Positions 34,726 through 44,422 of a stretch of 64,000 bases of DNA are shown piece after piece. The stretch spans positions 648,008 through 712,007 of the forward strand of contig JBFWNU010000001.1 in the NCBI GenBank assembly GCA_050250895.1, read 5' to 3'. Within the stretch, counting starts at the first letter, position 1; every line of letters starts with the position of its first letter. A model generated the notes under the pieces. The model was not told where the DNA came from, searched no databases, and worked only from the letters and a program-made list of their open reading frames with translations. Made by a program: the position numbers and the translations under genes. This stretch comes from Vulcanimicrobiota bacterium (GTDB lineage: Bacteria; Vulcanimicrobiota; Xenobia; Xenobiales; JADMJV01).

Positions 34726-37632
34726 TTACCAGCTGCCGCCGCTGGAGCCACCGCTCCAACTGCCGCCGCTCGAGCCTCCACTCGACCCACTGCCCCAGCT
34801 GCTGCCACTAGAGCCACTGCTGCTGTCGCTGCCACTGCCCCAACTGCTGCCGCTCGAGCCGCTGTCGCTTGAACCAGAACCCCAGCTGCTACCGCTCGAG
34901 CCGCTGCCCCACGAACTGCCGCCAGAGCTGCTGCTACCCGAACCGCTGCTTCCACTGCTTCCACTGCTTCCACTGCTTCCGCTGCTGCCACCCCAGGAGC
35001 TGCCACCACCCCCATAGCCGCCACCATAGTAGTCGTCGTGGCGGTGACTTTCGCGATAGCGACGCTGCTCTTCAGCCCTACGAGCGGCCTCGCGGGCGCG
35101 TTCGGCCGCTTCCTCCATGGCCCGATCCACCTCCCGATTGTGCAAGTCCCTAAGCTGGTCGCGCGCCTCAGAGACGGTTTTCTGAGCCAGGTCAACCTTC
35201 TCACGAGCGCCCTGAATATTGCCCTCGGCCTGATCAATGTCGCTCTCGCGGAGATGAGCCTCAGCGCCTTCCAACAATAGCTCGCCGTCCCGAAGAGCCA
35301 TTTCGGCCGGTTTGATCCATTCGCTCTTCATGCCGGTGACCACGCCGGCCCGGCTCAGCTTTTCGGCTTTAGCTGTAGAAGCATCCTCGCTGCTGGCCTG
35401 GATCAGGCCTCTCACCTCGACGATAGCATCCAGGCAATCCTGAAAGCGATCCCCTTCACCGGCCGCTTTGGCCTTTTCAAGCGCTTCCAGGAGAGCGAGC
35501 CTGGCGAGCAGTTCGTTAGCGTTGTCGCGCTTTTCGGCCATAGCCAGCAAGATCTCATGGAGCGACTTCTCGAAGTCGCGCGAGGCACCCCGCTTGAGCA
35601 ACTCGTCCTTCCAGCTGCGGGCTTTGTCCGAACCGTCCAGGACGGCCCGCGAGGGGTCGCTCAGGCTAAAGCGGACCCGCTCGTCCTCTTTGGTCAACAG
35701 AGCCAGGGCTTTATCATAGTTGCGCGGCGAGAACCAGTTGATCATCGACTTCGACTCGATGAGTTCCGACGACTCGGCCAGAACCTTGTCGGCGCCACCC
35801 ATCAAGGTGAGGGCGTCGCCGACATTCTCAGACAGCTGAGCCACCAGGTCGCCCAGCTGGCCCGAATAGTTCGACAGCTTGTGCACGTCTGTTTCATCGA
35901 GCAGGTCCATCAGAGCCCTGGTCTTCTCGGCGATCTCGGTCTGGGCGTCGGTCAACGCCTCTTGAGCCTCTTTACGGTGCCGCTTGGAATTCTGATGTGC
36001 CATCAGGGCCGCTACCGCGATGCCTCCGGCCACCGTCACGATGGCCAGCTTGCGCACGTTGGCTGCCTGCTGGTCCAACTTCTCCAATCGTTGCGCCTCG
36101 GACACCGCACGATTGGCATCGCGGGTGGCTTGCTGCTGGCTGGCGTAGAAGCCGGTGTCCTTCGATGAGAGTTTGGCCTGGAACGATGCGTAGCTGGCCC
36201 GAGCCTGCTCGAGCACTGCCTGAGCCTGGCCTCGTGAGCCCTCGGGCAGACCGGCGATGATGGTCTCGGCGCGGGTCAGCTGACTGCCGATACGGGATGC
36301 CTCGGCAGGGGCCTGTGCGAAACGAGCCATCAGTTCCTGTTGCGAGTGGATTGCGTCGAGCACCTCGCGGGCTGCGTCGCGGGCGGCCTCGAACTGGCCG
36401 GCGGCAGCGTTCCTTTCGGCCTGGTCAAGGGTGGATGCCCAGCCCGACAAATTGGGGTTGGCCAGGCCTCCGTCGCCATGCTCGGCCCGAAACTCGCTAA
36501 CCGACTCGCGCACGCCCTCGAGGGCGGTCTTGGCGCTGGCCACGGCGCTCAGGGCTTCGCCCCGAATGCGCTCGTAGTTCGTCATGGCCGTCTGCGCGCC
36601 GGTCACGCCCGAGAGCACTCCCTCGGCCAACTCTCGCGCCGCCTGGTAGTCCTTGCGCTCGAGGGCGCCGCGCGCCCTGGCCAGCTCCTCTTCCCAGCGT
36701 GTGGTGTCGAGGGGGACCGCGGTGCTGCCGTTCTTCTCGGTAAACTCCTGGGCCTGCTCGCGCCCTTCGGCCAAAGCCGTCTCGGCCCGGCGAACGGCCG
36801 AGTTGGCTCCCTCCACCACTTCCACCACGTGGGTCTGGATCGTGGTGTTGATACGGCGGGCAACCGCCCCCAGACCCGAGGCGATATCGCCCTGACCGAC
36901 GTTGGCCTTAAAGACCTCGATCAGAGTGCTGCTGCGCGGACCGGCGAAGTTCTCTTCGCCTACACCCAGCTGGTCAGGTAGACCCTCGGAGCGCATGAAA
37001 ATCTTGCGTCCCTGGCTGCTGTCCATGTAGACGAAGAAGACCACACCCTTTTTCTCGCCGGTGGTCTCGTCGACCACGGAGTGAAAGGCGCTGCTCTCTC
37101 CCAGGCCGTGGTTGGCCGTGCCGTGATAGCTCTCGAGCTGGCCGGCGTTGTCGACCACCACCACAAAGACGTTGGGGTTCTGGGCCAACATACGCTCCAA
37201 ACGCTGCTCCTGGTCGGCGCTCACGGGGTGGCCCTGGATATAGAGTTGGCGGTCCGCGCTGAATTTGCGAATCAAATCCTGAGCGCTGTTTACCCTGACC
37301 GGATCGGTGCTGCGTATGGCCTCCTGAGAGATCGACTGGGCCATAGCCGGCGAGGCGGCTCCCATCAGGCCCACTCCGGCCCCGACGGCCGAGAGGGCCA
37401 GGGCGCCGATGGTGGCGGCTTTCTGCCACCCGGACTCGGCTCTGTCGGGAGCCTCGGGAGCAGACATTTCTTTGAGTTCTGGCGTGGGGGTGATGAGACC
37501 GAGCCGGTGAGAACCAGGCGGGGCCTGATACTCGAGCCGGTCGAGAGACTGGTGGCTGGTTTGGGTGCTCGTGCTACGAGCAGTATATTTAACAGGCCGG
37601 CTGGCCTGACCGATCACGGGATTCAACGACAT
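34726..37632 (-). CDS. Large TPM(DUF477)-like membrane/coiled-coil protein with Gly/Ser/Trp tail, paralogue A
   Basis: Delayed signal-like segment ending ASPAMA, globular domain, helical repeats, a second TM, coiled coil, and a C-terminal GGSSGGSW. Confidence 0.7.
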   Translation of the reverse strand: MSLNPVIGQASRPVKYTARSTSTQTSHQSLDRLEYQAPPGSHRLGLITPTPELKEMSAPEAPDRAESGWQKAATIGALALSAVGAGVGLMGAASPAMAQSISQEAIRSTDPVRVNSAQDLIRKFSADRQLYIQGHPVSADQEQRLERMLAQNPNVFVVVVDNAGQLESYHGTANHGLGESSAFHSVVDETTGEKKGVVFFVYMDSSQGRKIFMRSEGLPDQLGVGEENFAGPRSSTLIEVFKANVGQGDIASGLGAVARRINTTIQTHVVEVVEGANSAVRRAETALAEGREQAQEFTEKNGSTAVPLDTTRWEEELARARGALERKDYQAARELAEGVLSGVTGAQTAMTNYERIRGEALSAVASAKTALEGVRESVSEFRAEHGDGGLANPNLSGWASTLDQAERNAAAGQFEAARDAAREVLDAIHSQQELMARFAQAPAEASRIGSQLTRAETIIAGLPEGSRGQAQAVLEQARASYASFQAKLSSKDTGFYASQQQATRDANRAVSEAQRLEKLDQQAANVRKLAIVTVAGGIAVAALMAHQNSKRHRKEAQEALTDAQTEIAEKTRALMDLLDETDVHKLSNYSGQLGDLVAQLSENVGDALTLMGGADKVLAESSELIESKSMINWFSPRNYDKALALLTKEDERVRFSLSDPSRAVLDGSDKARSWKDELLKRGASRDFEKSLHEILLAMAEKRDNANELLARLALLEALEKAKAAGEGDRFQDCLDAIVEVRGLIQASSEDASTAKAEKLSRAGVVTGMKSEWIKPAEMALRDGELLLEGAEAHLRESDIDQAEGNIQGAREKVDLAQKTVSEARDQLRDLHNREVDRAMEEAAERAREAARRAEEQRRYRESHRHDDYYGGGYGGGGSSWGGSSGSSGSSGSSGSSGSGSSSSGGSSWGSGSSGSSWGSGSSDSGSSGSSWGSGSDSSSGSSGSSWGSGSSGGSSGGSWSGGSSGGSW

Positions 37633-37709
37633 CCTTTTCTTCCTCCATTAGAAAAGAAGACGAGCCTGGTGCTGTGTGTGTGGTGACCTGAGAAATGGCA
37701 GTGGTCAGA

Positions 37710-37737
37710 CGGTAGGCCCGGCGCCCCGGGCCTACCG
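37710..37737. terminator. Perfect 12-bp inverted repeat (terminator-like or GTAG-type REP-like)
   Basis: CGGTAGGCCCGG-CGCC-CCGGGCCTACCG, between the two paralogues. Confidence 0.55.
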
Positions 37738-37750
37738 CAAAACGCGCGTG

Positions 37751-40642
37751 TTACCAGCTAGAACCGCTGGAGCCGCCGCTCCAACTGCCGCCGCTCGAGC
37801 CGCCGCTGGAACCCGAGCCAGAGCCCCAACTGCTTCCGCTCGAGCCGCTGTCGCTCGAGCCAGAGCCCCAGCTGCTACCGCTCGAGCCCCAGCTGCTGCT
37901 ACTGCTGTCGTCATTGTCGCTCGACGACGAGCCGCCGCCCCAGTTCCAAGAACTGGAACTAGAACCCGAGCTAGACGAGCCGCTGTCGCTGCTGCCCCAA
38001 TTCCAGGAACTGGAGCTTGAACTCGAGCTGCCGCTAGAGTAGTTGTCATCGCGGTCCCAGCCTCCCGAGCTGTAGCTGTCACGATAACGCCGGGCCTCTT
38101 CGGCACGCTGGCGGGCCTGCTCTTCCACGGCGGCCACCACGTTGTCGTGGCGCTCCTTGAGGGCATCATTGGCCGAGCGAATGCCCGCTTTGGCTTCGTT
38201 GTTCTTGGCGCGGGCCTCTTGCACGTGCTCTTCACCCTGGTCGACCTGATTCTGGCGCAGCGAATTCTCGGCCGCCGCCAGAGCCTGCTGACCCTGGCCC
38301 AGAGCCGTCTCGGCCGGCTGAATCTCGGAACTGGCCATGGTGGTGGTGACACTGTTGCCCACATCGACCAGTTGGCTGCCTTTGGCCGTATTGATGTCAG
38401 CGGCGGTGTTCTCGAGACTGGCGCGAACCGAGGCGATGCTGTCGAAGCAAGCCTGGAAGCGGTCGCCGTTGCCGGATGCTTTAGCCCGTTCCAGAGCCTC
38501 GAGCAAGGCCAGCCGGTCGAGCAATTCCTGTGCGTTGTCGCGCTTTTCGGCCATGGCCAGCAAAATCTCGTAGAGCGACTTTTCGTATTCGCGCGAGGCG
38601 CCTCGCTTGAGCAGCTCTTCTTTCCAGCTGCGGGCCTGGTCCGAGCCCTCCATGACAGCCCGCGAGGGGTCGCTCAGACTAAAGCGCACGCGCTCGTCCT
38701 CTTTGGTCAACAGGGCCAGCGCTTTGTTGTAGTTGTGAGGCGAAACCCAGTTGAGAGCCGACTTAGAATCCACCCGTTCCGAGGCCTCGGCCAGCACCTT
38801 CTCGGCCCCGCCCATCAAGGTCAGGGCCGCACCCACATTCTCCGAGAGAGAAGCGACCAGGTCGCCCATCTCGCCCGAATAGTTCGACAGTTTGTGAACG
38901 TCCACTTCGTCGAGCAGGTCCATCAGAGCCTTCGTCTTAGCCGCGATCTCGGTATTGGCGTCCTCGAGGGCCAGTCTTGCCTCTTTACGGCGCGACGAAG
39001 CCCGATAGTTGGCCACCAGACCCAGCACCGCGATGCCCGCAGCCACACCCCCGATGGCCAGTTTGCGCATGGTCTCGGCCTGGTGGACCCGATTCTCGGC
39101 GCCCTCGATTACCTCGACCGCGGTGTCGGCGTCGTGGGCGGCGTGTTGTTGGCTGGTATAGAAGCCCGCATCCTTGGATTGGAGTTTGGCCTGGAAGTCG
39201 GCGTAGCTGCTCCTGGCCTGCTCGAGGACCCCCCGCAAGGGGGTTTGTTCGGACTCGGGCAGTCCCGCCAACTTCGCCTCGGCCTGAGCGAGTTGCCCGG
39301 CGATCCGTTCAGAAGCGGCCGGCGCCTGCTCGAAGCGAGCCATCAGTTCTTGCTGGGTGCGAATGGCATCGAGCACCTCCTGAGCCGTGTCGCGGGCCAC
39401 CTGGAACTGACCGGCGGCCGCGTTCTTTTCGGCCTGGTCCAGAGTGGCGCTCCAGCCCGAGAGATTGGGGCTGGCCAAGCCGCCGTCGCCATGTTCGACC
39501 CGGAAGCTATTGACCGACTCGCGCATGCCCTCGAGGGCGGTGCGGGCGCTGGCCACTGTGCTGAGAGCCTGGCTGCGAATGCGCTCGAAGTTGGCCATGG
39601 CGGTCTGGGCCCCGGTCACGCCCGAGAGCACGCCTTCGGCCAAATTCTTGGCCGTCTGGTAGTCTCTGCGCTCGAGCGCGTTCCGGGCTCGAGCCAGGTC
39701 CTGCTCCCAACTGCCCACGTCGACCGGCACCGAGGTGCTGCCGTTCTTCTCGCGAAACTCTTGGACCTGTTGGCGCCCTTCGGCCACCGCCGACTCCGCC
39801 CGACGGACGGCCGAGTTGGCTCCGTCGGCGAGTCCGACCACATAGTTGTGGACGGTGGTATTGATGCGGTTGGCCACGGCGCCGATGCCCGAAGCCAGGT
39901 CGCCCTGACCGACGTTGGCCTTGAAGATGTCCACCAGCGTGTTGCTGCGCGGTCCGGCGAAATTCTCTTCACCCACCCCGAGCTGGTCAGGCAGGCCCTC
40001 GGCCCGCATGTAGATTTTCTTGCCCTGGCTGCTGTCCATGTAGACGAAGAAGACGACTCCATCTTTCTGGCCGGTAGTCTCGTCGACGACCGAATGGAAG
40101 GCACCGCTTTCGCCGATGCCATGGTTGGCCGTGCCGTGATAGCCTTCGAGCTGGCCGGCGTTGTCGACCACTACAACATAGATGTTGGGATGGCGAGCCA
40201 GCATTTGCTCGAGGCGATGCTCCTGATCGGCGCTGACCGGACGCCCCTGGATATAGAGTTGGCGTTCGGCCGTGAAACGGTTGACCAGATCCTGGGCGCT
40301 GGTGATACGCACCGGGTCGGTGTTACGGGCGGCCGGAACCGAGATGGACTGGGCCATCGCCGGTGACGAGGCGCCCAATAGTCCGGCTCCGGCACCCACG
40401 GCCGAAAGCGCCAGGGCGCTCAGGGTAGCAACTTTACGCCAGCCTGACTCTTGCCTTTCAGGAGCTTCGGGAGCGGCCGGCTCCAGCAGTTCGGGGGTCG
40501 GTTGGATCAGGCCGAGGCTTTGGGCTCCTGGCGGGGCCTGACGGTCCAGACCGTCGATGGGGTTGGCGTGGGGGATGCTCGCCCGAGGCGCGCTATAAAC
40601 AACAGGCCGCTTGGCCTGGCCGGGAATGCCGATCGAAGACAT
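37751..40642 (-). CDS. Large TPM(DUF477)-like membrane/coiled-coil protein with Gly/Ser/Trp tail, paralogue B
   Basis: Colinear paralogue of 34726-37632. ATG at 40642 follows an AGGAGGAG RBS. Confidence 0.7.
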   Translation of the reverse strand: MSSIGIPGQAKRPVVYSAPRASIPHANPIDGLDRQAPPGAQSLGLIQPTPELLEPAAPEAPERQESGWRKVATLSALALSAVGAGAGLLGASSPAMAQSISVPAARNTDPVRITSAQDLVNRFTAERQLYIQGRPVSADQEHRLEQMLARHPNIYVVVVDNAGQLEGYHGTANHGIGESGAFHSVVDETTGQKDGVVFFVYMDSSQGKKIYMRAEGLPDQLGVGEENFAGPRSNTLVDIFKANVGQGDLASGIGAVANRINTTVHNYVVGLADGANSAVRRAESAVAEGRQQVQEFREKNGSTSVPVDVGSWEQDLARARNALERRDYQTAKNLAEGVLSGVTGAQTAMANFERIRSQALSTVASARTALEGMRESVNSFRVEHGDGGLASPNLSGWSATLDQAEKNAAAGQFQVARDTAQEVLDAIRTQQELMARFEQAPAASERIAGQLAQAEAKLAGLPESEQTPLRGVLEQARSSYADFQAKLQSKDAGFYTSQQHAAHDADTAVEVIEGAENRVHQAETMRKLAIGGVAAGIAVLGLVANYRASSRRKEARLALEDANTEIAAKTKALMDLLDEVDVHKLSNYSGEMGDLVASLSENVGAALTLMGGAEKVLAEASERVDSKSALNWVSPHNYNKALALLTKEDERVRFSLSDPSRAVMEGSDQARSWKEELLKRGASREYEKSLYEILLAMAEKRDNAQELLDRLALLEALERAKASGNGDRFQACFDSIASVRASLENTAADINTAKGSQLVDVGNSVTTTMASSEIQPAETALGQGQQALAAAENSLRQNQVDQGEEHVQEARAKNNEAKAGIRSANDALKERHDNVVAAVEEQARQRAEEARRYRDSYSSGGWDRDDNYSSGSSSSSSSSWNWGSSDSGSSSSGSSSSSWNWGGGSSSSDNDDSSSSSWGSSGSSWGSGSSDSGSSGSSWGSGSGSSGGSSGGSWSGGSSGSSW

Positions 40643-40763
40643 TTTTCTCCTCCTGTAGAAAGGAGAGAGCACAACGAGAGACCTGGCATGAGAGTAGGCC
40701 GCGGCCCTGAAAGTATCCTTACTTCTCGGGGGGTTTTGACTGCAGGAAGAGGAATGGTCGCCC

Positions 40764-41126
40764 ATGTCCAATCGAGGCGGATACCACCAGCGCGCGCTCA
40801 ACCTCATCGACCAGACCGCTCGCGCCCTGCGGGGCCAACTCGACGTTGACCACGTGCTCGACGAGATCGAAGCCCTCAGCGAGGACATTCACGCCGCCTT
40901 TACGGTCTTGCCAGAACCGCCTGATAGCCTGCAAGCTCTGGTGGGCGAACTCGATACTGCCTTCGCCGAAGCCGGCGAGTTGCATCTCGAAGGGTTGACG
41001 CTGGCCGCGGAGGCTCTGGAACAGGGCGAGCCCGCTCAGCTCGAGCGAGCTCGCCAACTGGTCGAAAAAGGCGGCCTGCGCATCGTGGCCGCTGAAGAGC
41101 AGGCCCACAAACGGCTGCTGGGCTAA
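40764..41126 (+). CDS. Hypothetical helical protein
   Basis: ORF with a GAGGA RBS and typical codon usage. Confidence 0.6.
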   Translation: MSNRGGYHQRALNLIDQTARALRGQLDVDHVLDEIEALSEDIHAAFTVLPEPPDSLQALVGELDTAFAEAGELHLEGLTLAAEALEQGEPAQLERARQLVEKGGLRIVAAEEQAHKRLLG

Positions 41127-42946
41127 CCCGCCTCGAAGGCCAGGGTCGAGAAGCTGGCCTGGAACTCGGACAGCGGCATCTGGACGAGACCGTCGTTGCT
41201 GCCGTCGTGGTCGGCCGGATCGCGCCCCCAGGGGTTGCGTACCGTAACCATCTGGGTGACCGGGTCGTAGGCCATCACCGCATAGGCGTGGCTGGTGACC
41301 ATCTGATTGCCGTTGGCGTCGTTGTTTAGAACCCCGGCCGTGACCATCTTGCCTTCAGCCAGCGTCGCCTCGAGGATATCGCCCACCACGGCCGGGTCGC
41401 GGCCGTCGATGTTGGAGTTGAGGTTGTAGTGATTGCCGTGAGCGCCGAGACCGTGCATCGACACCGTCATGGCCCGATGTCCGGTGAACAACTCGATACC
41501 AGCCGCGGCCGGGCCGCCTTCGCTGATCTCCTGGCCCATTTGCTGTGAGCGCTGGGCGGCGGCCTTCTCGAGCAGGGCGGCCCAATCGCCGTTCGAGGTC
41601 GCGTAGATACCGCGCTCGGCTTCGGTCAAACCGGCCACGACCTGGGTGTTGCCGTCGGGGAAGGTAACCTGGTAGCCACCTCCCTTGAGGGGGGTAAGCA
41701 TGCGCTCGATCTGGTCGGGAGTTAGCCGCGACATGGCCGAGAGCACCCAGCAGTCACCGGCCAGCCCCTGCGAGATCGAGTTGGGATCGGGCCGTCCCTG
41801 GAATAGCCGCTCTTCGGCGCCGGCCCGCTGGCGGGTTCGCTGCCAGCCCGACTGCATGCGCTTGTGGGCCGTCGTCCACTGCTGGTCACCAGCCCCTCGA
41901 GGGCCGGCCTCGTAGGCCTGCAGATCGGCCCGGGACAGTCCTGGGCCACCACCCTCGTTGTTCAAGCCGGCCAGCTCTTCGAACGCATTGAGAGCCACCG
42001 CGGCGAGCTCGGCCTCGGTGCCGCGATTGCCAGGCTCACTCAAGACCCGGTCCATCTCCTGACGCGAGACCCGACCGTCATGGTCGAGATCCCACTTGTC
42101 CAGCCGCGAACTCAGGGCCTGACTCAAGTTGGCGTCAGCCTGGGTGGGCTCTTGAGCCGGGCCCTGGCCGGGCCGAAAGTCCCCCTGGCTGTGGTAGCGC
42201 CGCACCGCCTCGCGTTCTTCTTCATAGACCATGCCGTGTTGGTCGAGCACGGCCTCGCCATAGGCGGCTTTGTCGTTTTGACGCAGACCCTCGATAGCCT
42301 GTCTCTGGTTGATTTGGCCGTTGCGCACGCCATCGAAGATCTGCCCGGCCCGCAGGTAATTCTGCATGGAAGTCTCGTCACTGGTGGCCAATTCCGGCTG
42401 GTAGTCGCCCACCATGAACTGGTTGCGCAGCCCCTGATACTGGCGATAACGCTGGTCAAGGAAAGCCGCTTCCTGAGGTGAGTAGCCTCCCTCGCGAAAG
42501 AGAGCGCGCAAGCGCTGGGTCTCTCCCGAGAAAGCGTCGAGATACTGAAACTCGCTCCGGTTGATCATGCCCGAGCGAACACCTTGAAGGTCGTTAGAGC
42601 GAGCCAGACCGGTCTGCATTTCGTCATACTGAAAAGACGAGCGGGTGGCCCCCGGACCCATCAAGGGGCCACCCTGGTAGTCGCCCATCATGAACTGCCC
42701 CGCCAGCATTCGCCACTGTTGCATCCGCTGGTCGAGATAGGCGGCTTCGATTGGCGAGTAGCCGCCGGCTCTTAGCTGTTGGGCCAGGAGCCCTGCCTGC
42801 TGATGGTAGAGGTCGAGGGCGACAAACTGGTTACGGTTGATGAGCCCGCTGGCGACACCTTGAACCAGGACGTCGCTGTTGGCGCGGAACTCGAGGGAAA
42901 AGGAGGAAGTGGATGAGCGTGGTTGGACGCTACCAAAATCGAACAA
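41123..42946 (-). CDS. Calpain-like (C2) cysteine protease with EF-hand and N-terminal repeats
   Basis: QGLAGDCWVLS (Cys), SHAYAV (His), RNPWG (Asn). EF-hand DLDHDGRVSRQE. Confidence 0.85.
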   Translation of the reverse strand: MFDFGSVQPRSSTSSFSLEFRANSDVLVQGVASGLINRNQFVALDLYHQQAGLLAQQLRAGGYSPIEAAYLDQRMQQWRMLAGQFMMGDYQGGPLMGPGATRSSFQYDEMQTGLARSNDLQGVRSGMINRSEFQYLDAFSGETQRLRALFREGGYSPQEAAFLDQRYRQYQGLRNQFMVGDYQPELATSDETSMQNYLRAGQIFDGVRNGQINQRQAIEGLRQNDKAAYGEAVLDQHGMVYEEEREAVRRYHSQGDFRPGQGPAQEPTQADANLSQALSSRLDKWDLDHDGRVSRQEMDRVLSEPGNRGTEAELAAVALNAFEELAGLNNEGGGPGLSRADLQAYEAGPRGAGDQQWTTAHKRMQSGWQRTRQRAGAEERLFQGRPDPNSISQGLAGDCWVLSAMSRLTPDQIERMLTPLKGGGYQVTFPDGNTQVVAGLTEAERGIYATSNGDWAALLEKAAAQRSQQMGQEISEGGPAAAGIELFTGHRAMTVSMHGLGAHGNHYNLNSNIDGRDPAVVGDILEATLAEGKMVTAGVLNNDANGNQMVTSHAYAVMAYDPVTQMVTVRNPWGRDPADHDGSNDGLVQMPLSEFQASFSTLAFEAG

Positions 42947-43348
42947 GAAACCGTTCCCCTATGTTTTCTGGCCGACAGACTCTCGCGGAACCTGTCTAAC
43001 CAAATTTCGCACACACACTCACACTGCCAGAAAAAAATACTGACAGTAGTGTTCAATGACACATATCGATGTCTGTAATGTGGGGGGGGTCGCGATCCGT
43101 CGAGGGGGATCAGGGCGTGGTCGTGGAGATGAGCAATCTGGCCTCTTATCGGGCTCTTTGTGCAGTTCTTCCGGGGCTAGAATAGCACACCCGTCAACCC
43201 GAAGTCGTTACGAAGAGGTAACAAAGTCCTGAAACTGTAACAGAATTGTTGCAAGGAAGTTTCCATGCGGACAATCCGGACCACTGCTGTCTATTTCACG
43301 CCCGGCTGGCGATCTGTCTAGGGGGGCAAGACAAGAGCGGCGAACTGG

Positions 43349-44422
43349 GTGGCTGTGTCCGACATCAGAGTGCCGCGAGAAGACGCTAACGACGACAGCG
43401 CCGTGCTGGTCAAGTGGCTGGTAGAAGACGGCCAGGAGGTCCAGGCGGGTCAGACCATCTGTGAAATGGAGACCACCAAAACGGTCTTCGCCGTGGTCGC
43501 CCCCGCCACGGGTCGCGTTCAGAGACTGGTGGAGCAGGGACAGGAGATCGAGGTTGGCGCTCCCCTGGCCCGTTTGCTGCAGGCCGGTGAGAGCCCTCAG
43601 GAAGAGACAGTTCAACGCGACAGCGGTGGCCCTCGCCTGACCCGAGAGGCCGAGCGCTACGCAGCCGAGCACCAGCTCGAGGTGAGCGCCCTCAAGAAGC
43701 GGGGTATCGTCACTCTGACCGATCTGCAAGCCATGGTCGCTCCGGCCCGGCCCAACGTCTGGGATAGGCTGCCCAGGCAAAAGCGCGTGCTCTTGATGGG
43801 GGCCGGCAGCGTGGCCTGGCAAGCCGCCGATATCTTGTTGCACGACTACTCCCGCACCGTCATCGGATGCCTGGACGACTCGCCCTCGACCTGGGGCCGG
43901 GACGTGCTGGGAGCCCCCGTCCTGGGGGCGATCTCCGACCTGGAACGCCTGTGGCAAGAGCAAAAGTTCGACGAGGCGGTGGTGGCCATGGGCAACAACC
44001 GCATCGACCTGCGTCGGGGATGGTACGAGCGTTGCCGGGCCCTGGAAATACCACTGGCCAACGTCATCGACCCCAGCGCTCGCCTCAACTCGGGCGTAGA
44101 ACTGGGTCAGGGCAATCTACTGCTGAGTTTCGTCCATGTCGGTGTGGGGGCGTGTCTGGGTGACAACAACTTCATCGCTGCCCACAGCAGCATCGACCAC
44201 CACTGCCAGCTGGGCAGCCACGTCTTCATGGGTCCCGGTTGCCTGCTCTCGGGCCTGGTGACGGTAGGTGACGAGACGCTCTTTGGTTCGGGAGTGGTGG
44301 TGCAGCCCTCGCTGCGGATTGGCACCGGTTGTCGCCTCTCTTCGGGAGCGGTAGTCATTCGCGATGTACCCGACCGTCACGCCGTCAAGTGCAGCTTCGA
44401 GCAGACGGTCACCCCCATCTGA
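43349..44422 (+). CDS. Lipoyl domain - peripheral subunit-binding domain - PglD/NeuD-type LbH acetyltransferase fusion
   Basis: EMETTK lipoyl site, LTREAERYA...GIVTLTDL, LMGAGSVA/CLDD, NVIDPSA, IDHHC and hexapeptide repeats. Confidence 0.85.
   Translation: MAVSDIRVPREDANDDSAVLVKWLVEDGQEVQAGQTICEMETTKTVFAVVAPATGRVQRLVEQGQEIEVGAPLARLLQAGESPQEETVQRDSGGPRLTREAERYAAEHQLEVSALKKRGIVTLTDLQAMVAPARPNVWDRLPRQKRVLLMGAGSVAWQAADILLHDYSRTVIGCLDDSPSTWGRDVLGAPVLGAISDLERLWQEQKFDEAVVAMGNNRIDLRRGWYERCRALEIPLANVIDPSARLNSGVELGQGNLLLSFVHVGVGACLGDNNFIAAHSSIDHHCQLGSHVFMGPGCLLSGLVTVGDETLFGSGVVVQPSLRIGTGCRLSSGAVVIRDVPDRHAVKCSFEQTVTPI

Noticed and set aside
38147-40366. Long + strand ORF (739 aa) and similar antisense ORFs (e.g. 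15865-17262, 16916-18295, 47759-49138, 11592-12743)
   Set aside because: Shadow ORFs opposite well-supported genes, as expected from high-GC codon bias.
40764-41126. DUF29 family assignment
   Set aside because: Only a short LD.DHVLDEIEAL resemblance. The downstream DUF29 motifs are not evident.
42947-43348. AT-richer 400-bp intergenic region as an ncRNA or riboswitch
   Set aside because: No recognisable conserved structure. It is adequately explained as a divergent promoter region.
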